From NCBI GenBank assembly GCA_028714455.1, contig JAQTMG010000001.1, positions 128,568-192,567 on the forward strand: a stretch of DNA of 64,000 nucleotides. Reading direction: 5' to 3'. A model generated the notes under the pieces. It was given only the letters and a program-made list of their open reading frames with translations, was not told where the DNA came from and did no database searches. Shown here piece by piece: positions 50,323 through 60,158 of the stretch. This DNA comes from Patescibacteria group bacterium (GTDB lineage Bacteria > Patescibacteriota > Patescibacteriia > CAIXNZ01). The translations under genes were made by a program, and so were the position numbers. The number at the start of each line of letters is the position of its first letter. The stretch's first letter is position 1.

Positions 50323-51534
50323 ATGAACTTATCACAAAGAATAAAAAATACTCCGGCATCGCCGATTCGTAAATTCGCCCCGTTGGCCGAAGCCGCCAAG
50401 AATCGGGGCATTTTTATTTATCACCTGAACATCGGTCAGCCAGACATGGAGACGCCAAAACGCATCAGAAAAACCTTCAGCCACTTTAAAGGTAAGGTAG
50501 TTTTATACGCGCCCTCGCAGGGAATTCCGGAAGTTATTTCCGCTTGGCAAAAATATTATTTAAGCCATGGGATCGGCCTGGAAAAAGAAAATATATTAGT
50601 CACCAGCGGCGGGTCGGAGGCAATATTTTTTTCACTCATGGCAATCTGCGACCCGGCTGACGAGGTGATTATTTTTGAGCCGTTTTATCCTAATTTTGCT
50701 GGTTTTAGCGCCATGGCCAACGTGAAGCTGGCGCCGGTAACTCTAAATGTGGAAAATAATTTCAGATTGCCAAGCGCGGATGAAATAAAAAAGAAAATCA
50801 CGTCCAAAACCAAAGCGATCTTGATTTGCAATCCGAATAATCCAACTGGCGCCGTTTATGCCAAAAAAGAATTGCAGGCTATCGTTAATCTGGCTTACAA
50901 AAATAATTTGTTTGTCATCTCCGATGAAGTTTATCGGGAATTTATTTATAATGGCGAAAGTCACACCTCGATTTTGGAGTTTCCGGAAATTTCTGACCGA
51001 GCCATTCTGATCGATTCAGTCTCCAAAAGATTTAATCATTGCGGCGGCCGCGTGGGAGTTTTGGTCTCCAGAAATTTAGAACTGATGCAAAATGTTTTAA
51101 AATTCGCCCAGGCACGTTTAGCCGTGCCGACTTTGGAGCAATATTCCGTGATTCCGCTTCTAAACGCGCCGAAAGAATACACGGATTCGGTTCGAGAAGA
51201 ATATCTGAAACGCCGCGACATTGTTTTTAATATTTTAAAATCTATTCCCGGCGTTGTCTGCACTTTACCGCAAGGCGCTTTTTATATTATCGCTAAATTA
51301 CCGATTGATAACAGTGAGGATTTTGTGAAATATTTGTTAAACGATTTTAATTTGAATGGCAAAACAGTGATGGTTACGCCGGCCCAAGATTTTTACGTCA
51401 CGCCAGGGCTTGGCAAAAATGAAGTTCGTATTGCTTATGTCTTGAATGAGAAAGACATAAAAGAGGCGATGGAAATTTTTAAAAAGGCGTTGGAAGAATA
51501 TGTTAAATTCCGTCGAGAGGGAAAAAATAATTAA
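50323..51534 (+). CDS. PLP-dependent class I/II aminotransferase
   Basis: NPNNPTG, SDEVY, SVSKR...GGRVG. Confidence 0.93.
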   Translation: MNLSQRIKNTPASPIRKFAPLAEAAKNRGIFIYHLNIGQPDMETPKRIRKTFSHFKGKVVLYAPSQGIPEVISAWQKYYLSHGIGLEKENILVTSGGSEAIFFSLMAICDPADEVIIFEPFYPNFAGFSAMANVKLAPVTLNVENNFRLPSADEIKKKITSKTKAILICNPNNPTGAVYAKKELQAIVNLAYKNNLFVISDEVYREFIYNGESHTSILEFPEISDRAILIDSVSKRFNHCGGRVGVLVSRNLELMQNVLKFAQARLAVPTLEQYSVIPLLNAPKEYTDSVREEYLKRRDIVFNILKSIPGVVCTLPQGAFYIIAKLPIDNSEDFVKYLLNDFNLNGKTVMVTPAQDFYVTPGLGKNEVRIAYVLNEKDIKEAMEIFKKALEEYVKFRREGKNN

Positions 51535-52063
51535 TCTGCCAAACGCTCTTACTCTGTTGAGAATGCTGGGCGCGCCATTTTTGGTCTATGTTATTTTTTC
51601 CGACTTCAGTCATTGGTTCACGGGCGGCGTTTTTTTACTTTTTGCGCTGACCGATTTGGCAGACGGGTACATCGCCAGGAATTTCGGTTTAAGAACAAAA
51701 TTTGGCGCAAAATTTGACATGCTGGCGGATAGAATATTTTTTACCGCGGCCATTTTGGCCATAGTCGCGAGATTATTTATTTTTCCGGAAGCCGTCATCG
51801 TCAATAAGTTTTTATTCTTATTAATTTTGTCGCGGGAGATCATCGCTTTGCCGATAGTGTCTTTCATGCTTTTCGCCAGAAGTCCTTTTTTAAAAGTAAA
51901 ATGGATTGGCAAGATAACGACTTTTACCCAAGGCGCGGCCATCGCTTCATTTTTATTTGGGTTTAGTTTTACAATTTATTTGATTATAATAGCCGCCCTA
52001 GTCGGCATAATCGCTGGCCTAACTTATTGGCAAGATTCATTAAAGATATTGACAAAGAAATAA
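51500..52063 (+). CDS. CDP-alcohol phosphatidyltransferase (PgsA-like)
   Basis: NLPNALTLLR, DLADGYIAR..G....GAKFDMLAD. Confidence 0.9.
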   Translation: MLNSVEREKIINLPNALTLLRMLGAPFLVYVIFSDFSHWFTGGVFLLFALTDLADGYIARNFGLRTKFGAKFDMLADRIFFTAAILAIVARLFIFPEAVIVNKFLFLLILSREIIALPIVSFMLFARSPFLKVKWIGKITTFTQGAAIASFLFGFSFTIYLIIIAALVGIIAGLTYWQDSLKILTKK

Positions 52064-52104
52064 ATTTTTGTTAAGATTCTCAATCAAGTCAAAAAGGAGG
52101 AAAA

Positions 52105-52383
52105 ATGGCCGAACGTTTTCTCGCCAAAGAAGGACTAAAGGAAGGTTTTATTCTTTTTTATGACCCGGAGGCTCAAAGCCTATTCATGCTTGATTCAAAC
52201 GATAAGAGAAGTCTGGAACATGGTAACCGCATTTTTCTTCAGCCGAGAGACAACAAGCTCTGGATTGGCAAACTTGATGACCGCGGTCTTTTCGCCATAG
52301 CCATTTTGCTAGCCGAATCACACAAGATGAAAGTCGAGGCTTACGCTGGCCAGAAAAGAGGCTACATCTTCAAGAAAAAATAG
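52105..52383 (+). CDS. Hypothetical protein
   Basis: AAGGAGG SD, promoter and terminator. Confidence 0.65.
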   Translation: MAERFLAKEGLKEGFILFYDPEAQSLFMLDSNDKRSLEHGNRIFLQPRDNKLWIGKLDDRGLFAIAILLAESHKMKVEAYAGQKRGYIFKKK

Positions 52384-52468
52384 TCACGAGGCGCTCCATC
52401 AAAAGGAGCGCCTTTTATTTTCAAAAAGAAAAACCCCTCCGCGCCGCGGAGAGGTTTATTTTTTTACA

Positions 52469-53500
52469 CTAGATTTTGAGGCCAGTTGCTTTGCTCATCG
52501 CCTTAGCCACTTTTGGCTTGGTGATGCCTTTTTCTTTCAGCGTTTTTTCATTGACCAGCCAAAAAGCCTCGACGCCCTGGTTGACGACCATGGGCAAACC
52601 AGCCAGCGTTTGAAAGCCGTTAGCTTCGGCCATTTGTAAAAAAGGAGTTAGTTCCTTTGTCAGCACGACATCGCTTAAGACGGCATGCCTGGGAATAAGT
52701 TTCAAAGTTCTTTCTGCCAAATACTGGTTTTCGGCGATGTTTCTGGAGTCGGCTGGCAGTTTGGCCGGCGCCAAAGCATTATATTCCTCCATCTCTCCAG
52801 TCGCGCCTTTGGTGGAAACGTTAATGACCACGTCAGCATCGCCGACTTCCATGGGAATTTGGTCTTCACCGGCAAAGCGGACTTTGTCAGCACCTTTTAA
52901 TTCCATGGTCCCATTAATTCTTTCGGCCAGGGCTTGGGCTTTGGCGATAGTGCGATTTAGAATTACGATTCGCATGCCTTTTTGAGCCAAGGCAAAGGAA
53001 ATGGCGTTGCCAGTACCGCCGGCGCCCAAAATCACGGCCTTTTTCCCGTCCAATTTTAGTTTCTTTTGGCGAAAAATTTTTTCCAGGCTTTGGGCATAGC
53101 CCAAGCCGTCAGTGTTATAGCCCTTCAATCGATTTTCCGGAATTTTCACCACGACATTTATCGATTGCATCATCTTCGCCAGCGGATCTATTTCATCAAC
53201 CAATTGCCAGGCCCTGTCTTTAAAACCGACGCCTACGTCGCCGCCGATATAGCGCGGGTCGGTTTTAAAAACCTGAAAAATCTCGGTCAAGTTTTTCGGA
53301 TCGCCAAAGAGGCGCACGTTTCTAGTGGGTAACCCAAATTGTCTGTAGGCCGCGTTCCACAAAAGCGGTGTCTGGGCGGGATAATCTTCGTTGGCGAGGC
53401 CAAGACAAAAGCTGGGTAATTCCAAATTTTCGGGGTTGCCTTTAGCGTTTTTGCCGAACTCCAGGATATTATTGGCAATCAATTCTTCGGCTCTGGTCAT
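52469..53500 (-). CDS. Shikimate dehydrogenase-family oxidoreductase (divergent)
   Basis: SIN, GYNTDG, GAGGTG, NRT, GLPMVVNQG motifs. Confidence 0.85.
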   Translation of the reverse strand: MTRAEELIANNILEFGKNAKGNPENLELPSFCLGLANEDYPAQTPLLWNAAYRQFGLPTRNVRLFGDPKNLTEIFQVFKTDPRYIGGDVGVGFKDRAWQLVDEIDPLAKMMQSINVVVKIPENRLKGYNTDGLGYAQSLEKIFRQKKLKLDGKKAVILGAGGTGNAISFALAQKGMRIVILNRTIAKAQALAERINGTMELKGADKVRFAGEDQIPMEVGDADVVINVSTKGATGEMEEYNALAPAKLPADSRNIAENQYLAERTLKLIPRHAVLSDVVLTKELTPFLQMAEANGFQTLAGLPMVVNQGVEAFWLVNEKTLKEKGITKPKVAKAMSKATGLKI

Positions 53501-53535
53501 TTTTTTAACCTCCTTATTATTTGTTTCGAAATTTA

Positions 53536-53931
53536 TCATAGATATTCAAAATAAACAAGGCTGACAATATCGTCGTCATTAAATTCTTTGTTATAAATCA
53601 GGGCGAGATTGTATTTAACCAGGCCTGGCTTTTGACAGTCGGGCGAGCAATCTTTCAGATCCGCTTCGCTTAATTCTTTTATCGGTTTGCTGATTATTTT
53701 ATAAATCAAAACTTTTGCCTGAAAGTCGTCAAAAACCGGCAGAATTTTTTTCTCCTCGTTGCCTGGCGTAATAATAATTTTGATAACGGCTTCTTCATTT
53801 TCATTGGCGCATTTGGGAGCGGGGCATTTTCTTGCCCCGGGGCGCAACGCGACTTTTAATTTTTTTGCTTCGATTAATTTTTTGTAAGCCAGGCGGAACC
53901 AAAGTTCGTAAGTCTTATTTTCGCTTTCCAT
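53536..53931 (-). CDS. Hypothetical protein, possibly ASCH/PUA-like
   Basis: L.F......I...K....LR pattern, LSEAD, C-terminal VSLVYFEY. Confidence 0.5.
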   Translation of the reverse strand: MESENKTYELWFRLAYKKLIEAKKLKVALRPGARKCPAPKCANENEEAVIKIIITPGNEEKKILPVFDDFQAKVLIYKIISKPIKELSEADLKDCSPDCQKPGLVKYNLALIYNKEFNDDDIVSLVYFEYL

Positions 53932-54061
53932 CTTTTTGCTATATTTAATAACCTTAATCTTATAAGAAAATGAAATATATTTCAAGCCCAAAAATTTGCG
54001 GTTTTTTTCAATTTATTATAAACTAATCGCAGTTCTCTAAAAAAATATAAAGGAGGTGGCT

Positions 54062-54703
54062 ATGGAAGGATTTCCTCGCCTTGAAGAGAAAATTGTTTTC
54101 TTTGGTCATCTTGGCCTTCATCTTGAAGCGTGTAATCTCGATATCCTTATTGATCTTTTCGGCGAACCGCTCGAGGATTACAGTTACATTGAAACTAATC
54201 CACGAGTTAGAATTTTGAGATTTAATCACGCGCTGGGAACCATTTATGCCTACGTTGTCTTTACCGATTTGGATTTTTCTAACCCCAAAAAGCGGCCGGT
54301 GCTTTTTCCGGATCGAGACGACAGAAAAGTAGACCGGGGATTTTTAGTTGAATTGCACCTTGAGCTAATAAGCCCCGAACTGCTGCGGGTGTTGGGTGAT
54401 CCAGTCTCGATTATTAATAACAAACCCTATCAGTTTGCCATTGTGAATAAAATCTGCCTGGCCAGAATGATTTATAAAAAATACTTTGATGCCGTTTGTT
54501 TTATTAATCCGTTGGTAATTAATGGGGTTAAGAATTCATTTATGTTCGCCAAAATCTGGCCGGTGGATGAGCAGATTAAAGATTTGAGGGAAGTGAAGAA
54601 ACAATTTGATGAAGAAGAACAGTCTGAAAAAATTGATAGAGAAAAGCGCCAGGAAAAAATCAGAAAAAGTCTTATCGAAGTTAGAAAGGGCCCCTGTAAT
54701 TAA
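54062..54703 (+). CDS. Hypothetical protein
   Basis: AAGGAGG SD; terminator 54686-54715. Confidence 0.65.
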   Translation: MEGFPRLEEKIVFFGHLGLHLEACNLDILIDLFGEPLEDYSYIETNPRVRILRFNHALGTIYAYVVFTDLDFSNPKKRPVLFPDRDDRKVDRGFLVELHLELISPELLRVLGDPVSIINNKPYQFAIVNKICLARMIYKKYFDAVCFINPLVINGVKNSFMFAKIWPVDEQIKDLREVKKQFDEEEQSEKIDREKRQEKIRKSLIEVRKGPCN

Positions 54704-54916
54704 GGGCCCTTTTTCTTTTAACTTTGAAAAAATAATAATTTTTGAATATAGATAAAAGTTTTAAAGTGAAAGGTTTATAAAGTTGATGGTAAAAGTTATA
54801 ATATTTTAGCTAAAATTAGCAAATTGATTTGGTTTAGTGATTGACAAAAATGTTAAAATCTACTAAAATTAGAGCAAAATAAAGTCGGCGGACTTTAAGC
54901 GCAGGAGGAACCGTCC

Positions 54917-55618
54917 ATGAAAGATCATGGAACCGTCCCCAAAAAGGACACGACCAGGCAGGCACTGGAGTTTGGCGCGGCTGTGTTAAAACAGTTGCCG
55001 TACCTCGCGCCCGAGGACATGCAATTCTGGATCAAAAGCCAGGGCAAACTGCAGGAAGCGCTGGCTGCGGCGCTGGGTATTCCTGACCCGCGGCTGGAGT
55101 GGGAAAGATTCTATGAGGAAGTTTTCGGCATCAAAGTTGATCTATCCAATCTCGTTCTTCCCCAAAAGCAGGACGGCTTCAACTGGCTGCTCGTCATGGC
55201 CGAAGGCCTGATCCCGAATCGTCTCTTTGACAAGTTCAAAGAACGCTTCGCGACCTACCGCTACTACGACGACCTGAACACCATCACCTCTGTCCGCAAA
55301 ACTGACAAGACCTATGCCATCTGGTTGCGCGACCGAATTGAAGCCGACGAGGAAAACAAAAACCTCTCCGCTAACAAATGCAAGGAGCTCAACATCAACG
55401 GCGTCACCCTGGAAGAGCGCCTTTTGCTGGAGCTTTTTTACCACTGGCGGACCAATAAGCATTTGGACATCAACAATGTGACGCTCTGTTCGGGTTCCCG
55501 CTATTCCGATGGCCATGTGCCGTGCGTGCGCTGGGGCGATGTCAGGGTGTTCGTCGGCTTCTGCGGCCCTGGCAGTGCCGATGGCGTTCTGCGCGTCCGT
55601 TCCGCAGTTTCTTTGTAA
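54917..55618 (+). CDS. Probable DGR target protein (CLec-like C-terminus with variable region)
   Basis: TLEERLLLEL...LD....TLCSGSRYSDG.VP.V.W...LRVRSAVS; only 8 A in 55484-55615. Confidence 0.8.
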   Translation: MKDHGTVPKKDTTRQALEFGAAVLKQLPYLAPEDMQFWIKSQGKLQEALAAALGIPDPRLEWERFYEEVFGIKVDLSNLVLPQKQDGFNWLLVMAEGLIPNRLFDKFKERFATYRYYDDLNTITSVRKTDKTYAIWLRDRIEADEENKNLSANKCKELNINGVTLEERLLLELFYHWRTNKHLDINNVTLCSGSRYSDGHVPCVRWGDVRVFVGFCGPGSADGVLRVRSAVSL

Positions 55619-55644
55619 ACTTTAACTTTGTTCCTTGTATCCTT

Positions 55645-55679
55645 AACCCCGCACCTTTTCTCTGAAAAGGTGCGGGGTT
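55645..55679. terminator. GC-rich hairpin after the variable region (terminator and/or DGR target hairpin)
   Basis: aaccccgcaccttttc-tct-gaaaaggtgcggggtt followed by a T-tract. Confidence 0.75.
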
Positions 55680-55728
55680 TTTCTTTTATAAAAGTTATTT
55701 GGGCGAAAACCCTTCGGCGTAAAACGCC

Positions 55729-55807
55729 GTAGAGACGCGGTGCACCGCGTCTCTACATTATCGTCATATGATACATGACGTAGAGACGGGGTATACCCTG
55801 TCTCTAC
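55729..55807. repeat. GTAG-type REP doublet
   Basis: GTAGAGACGCGGTGCACCGCGTCTCTAC (55729-55756) and GTAGAGACGGGGTATACCCTGTCTCTAC (55780-55807). Confidence 0.85.
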
Positions 55808-55901
55808 AACGACGATAATGTCTGTTTTCGCCATTTTAAATTATTATGGCTTGAAAAAAATGTTATTTTTGCGTAAAATTGGGTTATAACAATTTAATCT
55901 T

Positions 55902-58793
55902 ATGGAACAATATAATCACCAAGAAATTGAAGTCAAATGGCAAAAGGTTTGGGACAAGTCAGATTTGTATAAAGCCGAAGATTTTTCCAAAAAGCCCAAA
56001 TATTATTGCATGATTGAATTTCCTTACCCATCAGGCGATGGCCTGCATGTCGGTCACTGTCGTTCTTACACGGCTTTGGATATTTTAGCGCGCAAAAAAA
56101 GAATGGAAGGCAATAATGTTTTATTTCCCATCGGCTGGGATGCTTTTGGCTTGCCAGCAGAAAATTATGCCATCAAAACAGGCCAGCATCCGAAGGTTAC
56201 CACTGAAAAAAATATTGCCACTTTTAGTCGGCAGTTAAAATCATTGGGTTATTCTTTTGACTGGTCCAGGGAAATAAACACTTCGGATCCGAATTATTAC
56301 AAATGGACCCAATGGATATTTTTAAAACTTTTTGAAAAGAACTTAGCTTATAAAACCAAAATGGATATTAATTGGTGCACTAAATGTAATGTCGGTTTGG
56401 CCAATGAAGAAGTGGTTAATAATCTCTGCGAGCGATGCGGCGGCGAAGTTTATCACCGCGAAAGGGAACAGTGGATGCTGAAAATAACCGCCTACGCTGA
56501 CCGCTTGCTTGAAGATTTGGACAAAGTAAATTATTTGGAAAAAATTAAAAAACAGCAATCGGATTGGATTGGCAAAAGTTACGGCGCCCAGGTTGTTTTT
56601 AAGGTAATCAGCAAATCATCATTGCCCAAAGATAAGGATTATTTTTTACCGGTTTATACCACGCGACCCGATACGCTTTTTGGCTGCACTTATATGGTAG
56701 TGGCGCCAGAGCACGAGGTTATTCAAAAATTTGCTGACCAGATTGATAATTATGATGAAGTCTTGGATTACATTGAGCAGACCAAGAAAAAAACAGAAAT
56801 GGAAAGAACAAATTTGGAAAAAACCAAGACCGGAATTGAACTTCACGGTTTGAAAGCATCAAATCCTGTGACTAAAGAAGAAATTCCGATCTTTGCTGCC
56901 GATTATGTCTTAGCGACTTATGGCACTGGCGCGATTATGGCCGTGCCAGCGCATGATCAGCGCGATTATGATTTTGCTAAGAAATATAATCTGGAAATTA
57001 GACCCGTTATTAGTCCTGATCTGGGTAGCATAGATGCGGATAGCAAGATTAATAAAATGTTTAGCCTGGTCGATGAGATAACAGATAAATTTAAAAAAGA
57101 AAAAATTAAGATATGGTTTATCGGTACTTTTGCGGTCTCGGCCTACCGACAGAAAATGTTTGCATATCCTGCGGATATTGATTTTGGAGTATTAGAAAAA
57201 CATTTTCCGGATGCAAATAAGATTTTAGTTGGTTTGGGCTATAAATTGATAGAGGAAAAAGTTAATGAAAAATTTAAACATAATGTCTACAAAAAAGGAG
57301 ATGTTATTGTACAAGTAGGAACATTTGATAAAGATTTGGGTGACAAAGAGTTAAATTTTTGTGGTGTTAAATACCCAGTATCTGATGCCAGTTGGTTAGC
57401 TGAATGTTACAAAATTACTGCTCCAAAAGAACGACGAAAGGGGAAAAATGATTTAGAACGGGCAATATTTTTAGATATTATCGCCGGCAAAATTCCTAAT
57501 CAGGCTTGGGAAGGTGACGGCACTTTAATTAATTCGGATTTTTTAAACGGCTTAAATGTCCAACAAGCGACCGACAAAATGATTGATTGGCTGGAAGAAA
57601 GGGAATTAGGTTTTGAGACCACAAACTATCATCTGCGCGACTGGGTTTTTTCCCGCCAGAGATATTGGGGCGAGCCTATTCCGATTATAATCTGTCCAGA
57701 GTGCGGCTATGTGCCAGTGCCGGAAAAGGACTTGCCCGTTGTTTTGCCTGAAATTAAAAATTATCTTACAACCGAGAATGGCGATTCGCCGTTAGCCTTG
57801 ATTGAAGATTGGGTAAATGTAGAATGCCCGAAATGCGGCGGCGATGCCAAGCGCGAAACAGACACTATGCCGAATTGGGCCGGCTCATCCTGGTATTTTT
57901 TGCGCTATACAGATCCGCGCAATAATAAGGTCTTGGCTGATTTTAAAAAATTAAAATATTGGACGCCGGTTGACTGGTATAATGGCGGCATGGAGCACAC
58001 AACTTTGCATCTATTATATTCCAGATTCTGGCATAAATTTTTATTTGATCTCGGCGTGGTGCCGACTCCCGAACCTTACGCCAAGAGAACTTCGCACGGC
58101 TTAATTTTAGGCGAGGATGGCGAAAAAATGTCCAAGTCGCGCGGCAACGTGGTTAATCCCGATGACGTAGTCGGCCAAGTCGGCGCCGATACTTTCAGAG
58201 TTTATGAAATGTTTATGGGACCGTTTGATCAGCCGACGCCCTGGAGCACGCAGGGAGTTACTGGCGTACGCAGATTTATGGAAAAAGTTTGGCAGATTGG
58301 CAATAATTTAGACGATAAAAAAAGAACTGGCAATGATGATTTAGTGAGACTGTTAAACAAAACCATCAAACAGGTGACAGAGCAGATTGAAACCCTGGAT
58401 TTAAACACTTGCATTTCAGCCATGATGATTTTAGTCAATAAATTTCAGGCCGAAGGCTGCGACAAAAAAATGTTTGAAGATTTTTTAAAAATATTATCGC
58501 CATTCGCGCCGCATCTTGGCGAAGAGTTGTGGCAAAAATTGGGCCACAAGAAATCAATATTTTTGGAAAAGTGGCCGGCATTTGATTCCAAATTAATAAA
58601 AGATGAAGCCATAGAAATCCCAGTGCAGATTAATGGCAAGGTTCGAGCTAAAATTTTTATCACGGCCGACGAGAGCGAGGGAGAAATAAAAAAGAAGGCG
58701 CTGACAGATGAAAACGTCAAGAAATATTTGAATGGCGGCGAAGCCAAAAAAATTATTTACGTCAAAGGAAAAATAATTAACATAGTTATCTAA
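55902..58793 (+). CDS. leuS: Leucine--tRNA ligase with an inserted domain
   Basis: FPYPSG.GLHVGH, YTTRPDT, GTGAIMAVPAHDQRD, SRQRYWGEPIP, KMSKS. Confidence 0.97.
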   Translation: MEQYNHQEIEVKWQKVWDKSDLYKAEDFSKKPKYYCMIEFPYPSGDGLHVGHCRSYTALDILARKKRMEGNNVLFPIGWDAFGLPAENYAIKTGQHPKVTTEKNIATFSRQLKSLGYSFDWSREINTSDPNYYKWTQWIFLKLFEKNLAYKTKMDINWCTKCNVGLANEEVVNNLCERCGGEVYHREREQWMLKITAYADRLLEDLDKVNYLEKIKKQQSDWIGKSYGAQVVFKVISKSSLPKDKDYFLPVYTTRPDTLFGCTYMVVAPEHEVIQKFADQIDNYDEVLDYIEQTKKKTEMERTNLEKTKTGIELHGLKASNPVTKEEIPIFAADYVLATYGTGAIMAVPAHDQRDYDFAKKYNLEIRPVISPDLGSIDADSKINKMFSLVDEITDKFKKEKIKIWFIGTFAVSAYRQKMFAYPADIDFGVLEKHFPDANKILVGLGYKLIEEKVNEKFKHNVYKKGDVIVQVGTFDKDLGDKELNFCGVKYPVSDASWLAECYKITAPKERRKGKNDLERAIFLDIIAGKIPNQAWEGDGTLINSDFLNGLNVQQATDKMIDWLEERELGFETTNYHLRDWVFSRQRYWGEPIPIIICPECGYVPVPEKDLPVVLPEIKNYLTTENGDSPLALIEDWVNVECPKCGGDAKRETDTMPNWAGSSWYFLRYTDPRNNKVLADFKKLKYWTPVDWYNGGMEHTTLHLLYSRFWHKFLFDLGVVPTPEPYAKRTSHGLILGEDGEKMSKSRGNVVNPDDVVGQVGADTFRVYEMFMGPFDQPTPWSTQGVTGVRRFMEKVWQIGNNLDDKKRTGNDDLVRLLNKTIKQVTEQIETLDLNTCISAMMILVNKFQAEGCDKKMFEDFLKILSPFAPHLGEELWQKLGHKKSIFLEKWPAFDSKLIKDEAIEIPVQINGKVRAKIFITADESEGEIKKKALTDENVKKYLNGGEAKKIIYVKGKIINIVI

Positions 58794-59321
58794 ATGGACA
58801 CAATGGCTTTATACGGGTTGATTCGCGCGGTGCCAGATTTTCCCAAAAAGGGAACTAAATTTTTTGATATTACGCCGGCTCTGGAAAATAATGAGTCATT
58901 TCAATTCATAATTAAAGAACTGGCGCTGCCTTACGAAGGCGAGGTGGTTGATAAAGTGGTCGGTATTGACGCTCGCGGTTTTTTGCTAGCCGCGCCCCTG
59001 GCTTTTTATTTGGGTTGCGGTCTGGCCATTGTCAGAAAAAAAGGCAAATTGCCGCACAGCACTTTTAGTCAGGAATATGAATTTGAATATGGTTCGGACA
59101 CGATTGAGATGCACAAAGACGCGATCGCGGAGGGAGAAAAAGTGATTATCGTTGATGATATCTTGGCCACCGGCGGCACCATGAGAGCGACAGTTGATTT
59201 GGTACATCAGTTTAACGCCGAAATCATTGGCATCAGTTTTTTGGCCGAACTAAGCTTTTTGCACGGCAAACAGCACATTGAACATTATCCCGTTTATTCG
59301 CTTTTAACCTTTGATGAATAA
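58794..59321 (+). CDS. apt: Adenine phosphoribosyltransferase
   Basis: PDFPKKG..FFDIT, DARGF, VRKKGKLP, IVDDILATGGT. Confidence 0.95.
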   Translation: MDTMALYGLIRAVPDFPKKGTKFFDITPALENNESFQFIIKELALPYEGEVVDKVVGIDARGFLLAAPLAFYLGCGLAIVRKKGKLPHSTFSQEYEFEYGSDTIEMHKDAIAEGEKVIIVDDILATGGTMRATVDLVHQFNAEIIGISFLAELSFLHGKQHIEHYPVYSLLTFDE

Positions 59322-59322
59322 T

Positions 59323-60030
59323 ATGAGCAGAGCCCTGGTTGTTATACCCACATATAATGAGAGAGAAAATATAGGCCGCCTGATTAAAGAAATTTTTAGT
59401 CAGAATTTACCATTAGATATTCTGGTGGTGGATGACAATTCGCCCGATGGCACGGGAAATTTAGTCGAGGAAATGAAAAAAACTGAACCTCGACTTTTTA
59501 TTTTACATAGAAATAAAAAAGAGGGAATCGGCCGCGCTTATTTGGAAGGTTTTAAATGGGCGCTGTCAAAAAATTATGAATATATTCTAGAGATGGACGC
59601 GGATTTTTCTCACGACCCCAGAGAGCTAGGCTCACTTTTGGAATCAGCCAGAGAAAATGATTTGGTTTTGGGGTCAAGGTATATAAAAGGAGGAAAAATT
59701 ATCGGCTGGTCTTGGCCGCGGAGGACGGTAAGTTATTTTGGTTCACTTTACGCGAGAATAATTCTGGGACTCGGTATTCACGATTTGACCGGCGGATTCA
59801 AGTGTTTCAAGAGAATCGTGCTTGAAACGATTGATTTAGATAAAGTTAAATCAAATGGTTTTGTTTTTCAAATCGAGATGACTTACTTGGCTAAAAAGAA
59901 TGGTTTTAAAATTAAAGAGGTGCCGATAACTTTTAGAGATAGAACAGCCGGCCACTCAAAATTTGATAAGAAAATTTTTTTCGAGGCCTTAAGAAATGTC
60001 TGGCTGCTAAGATTTGGCCGAGCGAAATAA
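59323..60030 (+). CDS. Polyprenol-monophosphomannose synthase-like GT2
   Basis: IPTYNERENI, VDDNSPDGT, MDADFSH, GSRY, DLTGGFK. Confidence 0.92.
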   Translation: MSRALVVIPTYNERENIGRLIKEIFSQNLPLDILVVDDNSPDGTGNLVEEMKKTEPRLFILHRNKKEGIGRAYLEGFKWALSKNYEYILEMDADFSHDPRELGSLLESARENDLVLGSRYIKGGKIIGWSWPRRTVSYFGSLYARIILGLGIHDLTGGFKCFKRIVLETIDLDKVKSNGFVFQIEMTYLAKKNGFKIKEVPITFRDRTAGHSKFDKKIFFEALRNVWLLRFGRAK

Positions 60031-60158
60031 ATATTTGCCCGAGCACAGTTCACTTGATATAATTAAATCGCAAATAATTTTTGAGGGCCGGAAAAGCGCC
60101 CAAGTTTTTTGATTAAAAATTTATTTAGTTTATATATTTTTTATTAATTTTTTTCAAT

